Made by a program: the position numbers and the translations under genes. From positions 124,001-188,000 of the forward strand of contig JAAOMT010000070.1 in NCBI GenBank assembly GCA_016748015.1: a stretch of 64,000 nucleotides of DNA, written 5' to 3'. This stretch comes from Geosiphon pyriformis uo1. Its lineage: Eukaryota; Fungi; Glomeromycota. The notes beneath the pieces are model-generated. The model made no database searches. It was given only the letters and a program-made list of their open reading frames with translations, and had not been told where the DNA came from. Shown here in pieces: positions 26,790-37,400 of this stretch; position 1 is the first letter of the stretch; each line of letters starts with the position of its first letter.

Positions 26790-28161
26790 TGTTGTTGTCA
26801 ATGATGATGATTGGTTCCAGATTTTGTGGAATCTCATCTGGTTAGATTAGTATCTTTTGTACTCCCAATTGTGGAATATTACTGATGGATGGTGGTATAA
26901 TGTTGTGGTACAGTTTCAGTCAATCTCTATGTGCTGCTTTGGTTAAAATTTTGTTGTTTAGTCTTAATTTGTAAGCTCTATTTCCTAGAATTTCTTCTAT
27001 GTGAAATGGTCTGTCCCATTTGGGGTCAAATTTTCCACTCCATTGTTTTTTTGCTTTAATACGATGTAAAAGTACTTTGTCTCCAATCTTAAATTCAACT
27101 GGTTTGTCTGGTAGTTGACTATCATGTCTTTTTTTCTGTTTCTCTTGTGACTTTTGAATGTTGTCAGCTGTTCTTCTTTGTTTGCTTTCCAATGTTTCTA
27201 TTAAGTTATATGTTCTTCTTAACAATGTTTTCTGGAAATTTTCTTCTGTTATTGGTTTAGTTGGATATGTGTTAACCTCTATTTCCACTGGTAATATTGC
27301 TGTTCTACTGTATACCAATTTAAATGGTATTGTTTGTGTGGTGTCTTGTTTCATTGTCCAATAAGCAAATAATACTGATGATATGAACAAATCTTATTTG
27401 TTCTGGTTTTCTTAACTGAGTTTTGCTATTGCTTTACACAATGTTCTATTAAATCTTTTAATTAATTCATTGGTTTGTGAATGGTATGGTAATAATAGTG
27501 GTCTCTTAATTCCAAATCTTTGGCTTAGTTCTGCTAATGTTCTATTCACAAAATGAGTTCCTTGGTCTGATAATAGTTCTTTTGGACATCCATGTCAACA
27601 AATCAGATTTTGATGAACAAATTCAGCAATGGATTCTGTATCTACTCTTTGAATTGCTTTTGCTTCTGGCCATTTAGTGAGATAGTCCATGGCTACTACA
27701 ATATATTTGTTGTCTCTGCTGGTAATTGTCAATGGTTCAACTAAGTCAATTCCAATGCAGTCGAATAGTTGTCCCACTTTGATTGGTCTTAATGATTCAT
27801 TGGATCTTGTTCCTCCTCTTTTTTGACACACATTACAATTTTGAATGTATTGGATAATATCTGGATACATTAATAGCCAATAATATCTTTTTCTGGTTCT
27901 TTTTATGGTAGCTTCTTTGTGAAAATGTTCTGCTGTTGGATTGGAGTGCATGTTAAATAACACTGTTTCTTTTTTTGGCTTTGTAATTACTTTGGTTGGT
28001 TTATCTGGATCTCTTCTATTCTTCTGATAAAGTATATTTTGGTAAGTAATAAAGTATTTTGATTGTTGTTTGATACTATTGCATTCTGATTGAGATAATT
28101 TCTTCTTGAACTGTTAAGTCTCTATATAATGTTTAAGTTGTTGATATTTTTCTGGATTTAT
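26790..28161 (-). pseudogene. Element A integrase (HHCC, DDE core, GPY/F-type C-terminus), separate ORF
   Basis: H..PTAEHF...CNVCQKRG, IGIDLVEPL, AMDYLTKWPEA, KIGDKVLL...KW.RPFHI. The start is decayed to ATA at 28161-28159. Confidence 0.88.
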
Positions 28162-28220
28162 CTTTTGTTATATTTTCGTTGGATTGGTTTGGTTTTGTTA
28201 TATTTTTGGGTTGAAATGTT

Positions 28221-31128
28221 CTAGATTTGTTTCATCCATGACAAACCATCAGCATTTTCATTGTCTTTTCCCTTTTTATAGTGTATAGTATAAGTATATA
28301 GTGAGAGTGCCATTTTCTATCTTGATTGTCTGCCATCTCCAAATTCTTGTTTCTGGAGTGATGTCAATTCTTTGTAATCTGTATACACCTCAAACTTCTG
28401 GCTCAAGTATTCTTTCCATTTTTTGACTGCCCAATAGATTGCTAAATGTTCTAATTCTGATGTCCTATAGTTCTTTTTGGCTGGGGTTAAACCTTGGCTG
28501 GCATATGCTACTGGATGTTTTCTTCCATCTGGTTCTTTCTAAGATAGTACTGCTCCCAATACTTGACCTGATGCATCGGTAGTAATAATAAATGGTTTAC
28601 TATGATCTGGATATATTAGTACTGGAGCTTGAATGAGCTTTCTTCTTAGGGTATCAAAAGCTTTTTGTTGAGTTTTGGTCCATTCATATTTTACATTTTT
28701 GGTTTGAAGATGATTGAATAGCTGAGCTATTTTTGAAAAGTTCTTAATAAAGTGTCAATAATAGCTAGCAAATTCCAAGAATAATTGTAATTCTGTCATA
28801 TTAGTTGGTATTAGAAAGTTCTTTACTATCTCTATTTTTTCTGGATCTGTTTTAATGTCATCTTTACTGACTATATGTCCCAAAAATTTCAGTTCTGTCT
28901 TGTCAAAAAAACATTTGGTGGCATTCAACTTTAGTCCTGTTTGTTGTAGTTTTTCGAACACTTGCTAAAGATGATAAAGATGATCATCGAATGTTCTTGA
29001 GAACATATTGGTGTCATTTAGATATACTACTACTGATTTCCACAATAAACCAGTGTAAACAATTTCCATTAATTGCTGAAAAGTGGCTGGTGCATTGGTT
29101 AAGCTGAATGGTATTACTTCGAATTCGAAATTCCCTTCCCTAGTGGTGAATGCTGTCTTTTTTTTGTTTGCTAGATTCATGACTACTTGTCAGTAACCAC
29201 TGTCCAAGTCTAGTGTTGAGAACTATTTGTTTTCACTGAAAACATCAAATAATTTTTGTATCTGTGGAGTTAGATAACTGTCTCCATGAGTTATACTATT
29301 GAGTTTTCTGTAATCTACACAAAAGCAGATCTTTCTGTTTTTTTTACAAACAAGTACTACTAGTGATGACCATAGACTTATTGATGGCTGAATTAGCCTG
29401 TTGTTAAGCATTTGATTGATTTCTTGACAGATGATCTCATGGCTGGCTGGTGGTACTCTGTATGCTCTTTGTTTAATTGGCATCACATCTCCAGTTTTGA
29501 TCTGGTATTGGATGATATCAGTTCTGCCAAATTCATTTTCGTTGGCAAAGATGTCATTGAAATTATTAAGCAACATTTTAAGCTGCATATGTTGAAGTGG
29601 GTCTAAGTTTCCCATGTTCATTTGTTCCAATTGTTCTGATTGGAGCAAATAACATTCATTTCGTCTGTATATTGTTTGTGATGTAATGTTCACATATCCA
29701 CAAAGCTGTGGAAAATCTGGAATAATGCTTGGTGGTTGATCTTCTAGTTCTGTGCTCAAGTAACCAATGATAGTTCCTTCTGGTATTGTGATAACATCTC
29801 CTGTTGTATTGTAGATGAGAATTTTGATATGGTTGTGGCTCTTGGCTGGTATGTGGAAATTGATAAGTCCAACCTCTCCTGATTCACAAAGAGTTGCTTC
29901 TGCTTCAAAAATCTGTGCTTGATCCTTCATTCTCCTCTTTATTGCCAACATGTACTGGTCATATGATGGAATGGAAATTGCTTGACTAGTTGAGACAATT
30001 TCTCCTTGGCCAACAATTTCTTTCTTTGCCATATTGACTGGTATATCTATTCTACCTGTGGATCTGAATTCCTGTATCCCTCTTGCTGTTATTCCTAATT
30101 CTTCTCTGTTTTCTACTGACACTAATTGAGCTACTTTAACCAAAGGCAGGAATATTGTCTGTGCTATCTTTTTATTTGGCTCTATAATATAGGCTTTTTC
30201 AGAGTTATTTTGTAGCATGGCGATAATATTTCTTACATATCCCATGTCAATTATTCCTCCTCTTATATTTATCCCTCTTTTCACTAAACTATTCCTAGAT
30301 GCTAATTGAACCATTGTTGTTGCCAGAATTTCCAGTGCTATTTTCAAATCAATGCAGGTGCATGAATATGGTTCCAATTTGATGGCATATTTTCCTGAAT
30401 ACTTTAGATCAAACCTGGCATTGGTATCATGCATGTGTTTTGGCATAATACCTTTATTATTATTACTGAACCATTTAAGTTCCTGTTCCTTGATGAGGTC
30501 AGGAAGCACAATATATTGTTCATAGTTTGAATTGGAGTTTAAATTTGAGTTAGAATTGTTGTTATTGTTCTCATCATATTGGACAAAGCTGGAACTGGTG
30601 TTTTCGTTGTCATCATTGTTGGAGTTTGAATTGGGATTAAAAATTGATTCCAATTCTGATGTACAGCTGCTGATTGGTTCCTCTTCCTCTTGAATCATGT
30701 AGATCATACGTGGTGGTAGATTGTAAATAAGATCACACTTATTACAATATTGGAAGTCACATGGAATCAAACAGTGGTCACATAGTCGAGTGTTTATTTC
30801 TTCCAACTATTGTTCTTATTCTTCTCGAGTAGATGCCAACTGTTGATAGTGCTCATGAAATTCTTCCAGATTATCCTCAATGTTGCTGAATACATCGAAT
30901 GTTAGGATGTATTCAGGTTCAGGCAGAACTAGGGGGTTGTTTTTGATTTCTAATAGTTCACTGGTTGTTGTACCTTCTGCCTTCACACTTGCTATTCTCC
31001 AGAGTTCATGTTCGTCATGTGGATATTTTTCCAATTGTTGTAACAATTGTTTCCAGGCATTGTTGATTGGTGTTCTCTTGTATACCTAGTTGTTAATTAG
31101 GATCATATACTGGCAGGTTTCATTGCAT
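28221..31128 (-). pseudogene. Element A pol, distal part: Cys-rich domain end, dUTPase, dUTPase-like domain, reverse transcriptase, RNase H
   Basis: dUTPase motifs (FDL, ASRNSL, GGIIDMGY, KKIAQ, RG..F.STG), FCVDYRKLN, PFSLTNAPATFQ, VVVYLND, TTDASG, and ENADGLS followed by stop at 28223-28221. Confidence 0.9.
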
Positions 31129-32220
31129 TGTTACGGATAAACTTGGTGGGTATGGGAAATGGTAACATTTGGTGCTCTTAATTATTAATGATGCATCTTC
31201 CGTGTAATTCTGTTGGCTTAGTCTTGATTATCAGTCTCTGAAGATCTATTACTGAATGTGAATTTTATCCATTGAGTTCTTTGGTTATAAGGCACAAAGT
31301 TTGTCTTTTGTCAATTGCAATGTTTTTCATAAATGTGAGCTTTCTTCTCTGAGCTAACGAGTGCAGTTGTTAAGGTCTGGCGTTGTCTTTTTGCCCTTCT
31401 GGTAAGCTAACAAGATAATGTTAATATCCAAAACTTAGAAGGAGCTTCCCTTTTTTACCAGGCTATCATGAAGTCTATTCCCAGACAGTCGATTTTACTA
31501 TGTTGCTGCTCCACAAAAAATAAGACAGAAAAAGAAAGAAAAAGAAAAAGAAAAGAAAAGAAAAGAGAGAAAAGATAAATTAGTATTGTCAATTGCCATG
31601 ATCAAGAGCAATTGGTCTAAATCATTAATAGGTTCAAGGCGGTTATGCTAAGAGCATCTGTTCTAGAACAGAGATACGAGACAAGGGTTAATTCACATAA
31701 ATTCCACAAAGTTCGAGAACATGAATTCGTGATTCTGATTTCTTTTAATAATTGGTTTATTTCAGGAGATGAAATAGGGAAGATAATAAAGGATAAAGGG
31801 GTATGGATATTTTAATTTCTGGTCTAAAAGTTCATATCTATTTTTTCTTCCCTGTCTTTTCTCACTTCTACAACTACTTGCTTTTATACATTTTTTTGGT
31901 TTTACAGGATTGCTTTCAATTGTCTCGCTATCACTAGCTATTGCTTTGTTGTTTTTGTTATTGCTTCATTTTTCTACATTATTACTAGTTATCTTATGTT
32001 ATAATACATTATCTGACGTTATTATATGTTATTCTGTGTTATCCTGCATTATAACACGTTATCCTATGTTATTGCACACTATTCTGTGTTATCCTGTGTT
32101 ATAACATGTTATCCAATGTTATAACATGTTATCCAACGTTATTGCGCATTATTCTGTATTATATCATGTTTTGGTTATGTTTCTTTATAACTTTGAATTG
32201 GTTTTTCTACTCAGGTAACA
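31129..32220 (-). repeat. Element B 3' LTR
   Basis: TGTTAC...GTAACA; direct repeat of 40279-41370. Confidence 0.96.
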
Positions 32221-32234
32221 TTATCCCTCTCTTT

Positions 32235-32969
32235 TTAAAATTGAGCTCCTGCAAAACTGTATGTATCTGTTATTGTGGCTTCATTCATGTAATGTTCGAT
32301 TGTTGCCTCGAGTATTGCCTTTTGTAGGTCTTCGAACTGTTGATTGGTTATTTGTCCTATGCTGTTAACCATTATGGTTTTCATAGATCCGTTCAGTAGT
32401 ACGTTTGGGCAATGTTGGAAGGCAGCATATAGTTGGTATGCTGCTTTGTAATGTAGGGTTAGGTTGTTTTTCCCTACAAATTTTTTTACTTGTTGTATTG
32501 CTTCTTTGTTGAACGTTTTCTGGCTGAGGTCTTCATATGGTGTTTTCAAGTCAAGCTGTTCTCCAATTTTGTAGAACCAATAAGCTGGAGAAAGTCTTTC
32601 TTTCCATTCCTGGGCATTGTCAAGTGTTCACTCCCTTGTTTCGGGAAGTTTGGTCCCATGAGCTAAAGCTTCTTTTATTTTTTCGAGCTTGGGGACCAAG
32701 TATCTTCTTTTATAACCTTTTTCTTGTTCTTTGCCTCCTTCTTTTCCACCCCCCGCCTGAAGACAATTTTTCCTCCCACATTGTCTTTCGGGTGGTAGGT
32801 AGGGGAGGGAATGTTTAGTTCTAATTAAACTTTCGTCCTCCTCTCTCCTGCTCTTATCTTTATACCATATCTCTTTTTTATCAATTGTTATTTCTATTTG
32901 AGATGTCAATTTTTGAATTGTTTCAAATAATTGTTTAGATAATTTTAAAATTTGATCTGAAAGGTCCAT
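32235..32969 (-). pseudogene. Element B extra 3' ORF of unknown function
   Basis: MDLSDQILKLSKQLFETIQ...YKAAYQLYAAFQHCPNVLLN...IGQITNQQFEDLQ...FAGAQF*, now broken by frameshifts. Confidence 0.7.
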
Positions 32970-33049
32970 GTTGAAATTTCTATCGTTTCTTGCTGCTTTT
33001 TGGATGCTATATATATTTGAATTTCCCAATTTAATTTGCTGCCCATTGT

Positions 33050-34417
33050 CTATGTTTCGATGACGATAATTGGTTCCAGATCTCGTGGTATATCTTCTGG
33101 TCTGATTAATGAAATTTGTGTTCCTAGTTGAGGTACTGATGACAATGATTCCTGTTTTACATGATAAATTTTTAACTGATTTCTATGTGCTACTTTCTTT
33201 AAAATCCTGTTTTCCAATCATAATTTGTAAGCTCCATTTACTAATGCTTTGTGTATATGGAATGAACTGTCCCACTTTGGGTCGAACTTTCCACTCCACT
33301 GTTTCTCAGCTTTTGTACGATATAATAGTACTTGGTCTCCAATCTTGAATTCCATTGGTTGTTCTGATAGGTGTTTATCATGTCTTTCTTTTTGTCATTC
33401 TTGAGCATGACTAATATTGTCAGCTGCTGTTCTTCGATTGTTTTCTAACGTTTCTATTAGCTGGTACATTCTTTGGTGTAAGGTAGCCTCAAAATTCTCT
33501 TTATTGATTGTTTCTGTTGGGTATGATGGTATCACTCATTTAATTGGTAACGTAGCTTTTCTTCCATAGACTAGTTTGAACGGTGTGAACTGAGTCATAT
33601 TTTGTTTCAATGTTTGGTATGCAAAGAGTACAGAAGGTATGAATAAGTCCCATTCTTGTCTGTTTTCATGACTTATTTTTGCTAGTGCTTTGCACAGTGT
33701 TCTGTTAAATTGTTCTACTAGTCCGTTTGTTTGTGGGTGGTATGATGATGATAAGAGTCTCTTTATTCCAAACCATTGGCTTAGTTCAGTCAGTGTATTA
33801 TTAACAAAGTGTGTTTCCTGATCAGATAATAATTCTTTCGGACATCCATGTTAGCAAATTAGGTCTTGATGCACAAATTTGGTGACTGTTTTGGCATCGG
33901 CCACTTGGATTGCTCTGGCTTCTGGCCATTTTGTAAGATAGTCTATGGCTACAGCAATATAGCAATTTCCTTGGGATGTAATTGAAAGAGGTCCAACCAA
34001 ATTGATCCCGATTCTATCAAATGGATTTCCAACTGGAATGGGTCAAAGTGGTTCTGTTGATCTTGCTTCTCCTCTTTGCTGGCATGCGTCACAATTGAGC
34101 ATATATTCGAAAATGTCTTTGTGCATCGTTGGCCAATAGTATAAGTTTAGTGTTTTTTTGAGGGTAGCATCTTTGTTAAAGTGTCCTGCAGTCAGATCTG
34201 AGTGCACACTATATAGTATAGTTTCTCTTTCATTGTTCATGATTAGTCGTTGTGAGTTGGGGTGGTTTCGGCGTTCTCGTCGATATAGTTGGTTGTCTTG
34301 AATAAAATAATTTTAGGCTTGTTTTCATATGGTACTCTGTTCCTATTGAAATAATATCTCCTTGAAACATAGTGTCGATAGGTACTGATGTAGTCGTTGA
34401 TAAGTGAGTGTGTCCAT
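33050..34417 (-). pseudogene. Element B integrase, separate ORF starting MDTLTYQRLHQYL
   Basis: ATG at 34417-34415; HSDLTAGHF...CDACQQRG, VAIDYLTKWPEA, YHPQTNGLVE, KWDSSFHI. Confidence 0.88.
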
Positions 34418-34427
34418 GAGTCTGGGA

Positions 34428-37400
34428 TTAGGTTTGTGACATCCTCGACAAACTGTCGGTATTGGTATTCTTAGATCTTTTCTTGTAATGGACTTTGAGT
34501 GGGAATTGTTACAGATAAATACTCCATCTCACATATTTTTCTTCTAGTTGTGGATTGTTGAGTAACCAAATAAGTCCTTTGTGGTCAGTATATAGGTTAA
34601 ATAGTTGACTGAAGTAATGTTTCCAAGTCTGTATGGCCCAATAAATGGCAAGACATTCCAGATCTGTTGTGCTGTAATTCTTTTCTGCTGGGCTAGTGCT
34701 ACGACTAGTGTAAGCAACTGGGTGTTCTCTATTGTCTGGTCCTATCTGTGATAAGACTGCTCCTAGAGCATTTTTCGAGGCATCCATAGCAACAATGAAC
34801 CATTTAGTGAAATCTGGGTAAATCAGAATTGGGGATGTGATCAATCGCTGCTTGAGATAGTCGAATGTTTTCTGTTGATCTTCCTTCCACAAGTATGGTA
34901 TGTATTTGGACAACAATTGATGGAGTGGTTTTGTGATGTTCAAGAAACCTTTGACAAATTGATGATAATATCCTGCTAATCCTAGAAATTCTCATAATTC
35001 TCTGAGGTTGATTGGGACTGGAAAATCCTTGACTTTTTGTACTTTATCTGGATCGGGTTTAACTCCATTCTTGCTGATTACATGTCCTAGGAATTTTAAC
35101 TCAGTTTTTCCAAAGAAGCACTTCTTGGGATTGAGTTTCAATTCGGCACTACAAAGGTGTTCAAAGACTTGTTGCAGATGGAGCAGATGGTTTTCGAATG
35201 TTTCGGAGAACATGTTTGTGTTATCTAAGTAGACTACTACTGATTTTCAAAGAATTTCTTTGTATACTACATCTATCAGGCATTGAAACGTGGCAGGAGC
35301 ATTACAAAATCCAAAAGACATTACGTTAAACTCAAAGTTTCCGTCTCAAGTGGTAAACGCTGTTTTTTTTTTGTCTTTGGGGTCTATTTTAACTTGCCAG
35401 TAACCACTTGCTAAATCTAATGATGAGAACCATTTCTTTTTCCCTAGATTGTCCAGAATTTCCTGGATGAGGGGAATGAGATAACTATCTCCTCGCGTGA
35501 CATTATTTAGTTTTCGATAATCTACGCAGAATTGCACTTTTTCATTTTTTTTGGTGACCAAGACTACTGGCGAGGATCAAGGGCTTAACAATTCTTTGAT
35601 TAGACTATTATCAAGCATCCATTGCACTTCTTGCTTAATTAGGTTATCGCCAGATGGGAGTATGCAGTAAGCTTGTTGCTTAATTGGTCAAGCATCTTCT
35701 GTATCAATCTGATGCTTCACGATGTCGGTGCATCCAAACTCATTTTTGCTGGCAAAGACATTGGCATACTGATTCAAAAGGATTTTGAGTTGCATTTGTT
35801 GCAGGGTACTTAAATTTCCTAAATTCAATTTATTGATCTCTTCTGGTGTGAACAAGTAATTTTCTTTTGGCAAATTCTATACTTGTGAGGTAATGTCACA
35901 GAATAAGAATAATTGTGTAAAATCTGGAATGGACTGGCGTTTTTCAGGATTCTGACTATTTGTGGATATGGAACCGATGAGAGTCCCTTCGGGAATTTCA
36001 ATGACATCTTCTGTTGAGTTGTAGATGGGGATTTTGAAGTGTTTATGGGCTTTGGCCGGTAGGTATAGATTAGCAACATCGGTTAGGAAACAGATTTCGG
36101 AACTGGCTTTGAATAATAGGGCTTGATCTTGGATTTTTCGATTCACTTTGAGGATGTATTGTCAGTATGGAGGAATGGAGATGACGGTGTCAGTGTGGAT
36201 AAATTCTACCTGGTTACTGTCTTCCTCCGTGAAATTAACTGGTATGTTTCCTCTTCCACTTGATCCAAACCCATTGATTCCTCAGGCAGTGAAGCCTAAC
36301 TCTTCTCAGGTTGTTACTGGGGTTAATTGGGGTATTTTGACTAGGGGTAGGAAGATAGCTTGGGCAATCTTTTTTTGTGATTCTATTTTGTAGGGTCTGT
36401 TCAAATTGTTCTGTAGCATCACGATGATGTTTCCCGTGTAACCGGCATCGATAATTCCTTCTTTATGTCAATTTTTTTCTTGGCTAGACTAGATTGAGAG
36501 ACAACTTGTACCATTGTACTAACAGGAATTTCTAACACTATCTTAAGATCTATTTTTATGAGAGAATGTGGAGCTATAATAATGGATGATTGTTCGGGGT
36601 ATTGTAGGTCAAAACCAGCATCAGTGTCATGCGCTCTTTCAGGGCAGATTTTTTCTTTGTTGTTACTATACCATTTTAGCTCTAGTTCTTTGGATAGATT
36701 GGGATATGTGAGATACTGTTCTGTTTTAGTATCCTCAGTTGGATCTTGAAATGATATGTCTTCAATGATCAATACCTCTTTTTTGGGTTCAGATAGTTCA
36801 GTGATTGAAAACAGTATTTTTGGAGGTGGATTGAACATAAGATCACATTTATCGCAGTACTGGAAGTGACAGGGGATTAAACAGTAATCGCATAGTTTGA
36901 TATTCAAATTGGCCAATCTTTGCTTCTGTTCCTTGCGAGTCGGGACCAATTCCTGATATTGGTTCTGAAATGTGTCTGGATTATCTGTGAAGAAATTATT
37001 CTCGGAGTAGTCAGGTCCAGTATATTTGGGCGTCCAAGGGTTGTCCTTAATTTCTCATATTTTTTCGGGCATAGTGCCTTCAGCCTTGGTGCTTGCCATT
37101 CTCCAGATTTTGTGGTCATTGTGTGGATAACCGTCTAGTCTGTTGAGTGCTCGTTTTCAAGCGTTCTTGATGGAGGTTCCCTTTTGTACCCAATCGTTGA
37201 TTAATATGGTGTATTGACAAGCCTTGTCACATGTTCCTCCTCTGCTAGGCACATCATTTCAGAGTCCTTCATCTGGCAGGATTTTGCCACATGCAAGACA
37301 TGGTGTATGGTCCCACTTGCCTTGTCATTTTGGTCATCCAAATCTTTCTAGTAAACAAGGCCTGTAATAGTATTTGGTGGCGGTGGGCCATTTTTTGTTG

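Noticed and set aside
29223-30806. dUTPase ORFs as host DUT1 genes or as evidence of a DNA virus
   Set aside because: They are in frame with and embedded in retrotransposon pol between PR and RT in every element.
31968-32172. CRISPR-like repeat-spacer array
   Set aside because: Units are only 10 bp with ~5-bp variable parts, lie inside both LTRs of a eukaryotic retrotransposon, and no cas genes are present.
31910-32327. Hydrophobic plus-strand ORFs (also 40943-41519) as membrane or env proteins
   Set aside because: They are antisense translations of the T-rich LTR and its 10-bp array, not conserved in other families.
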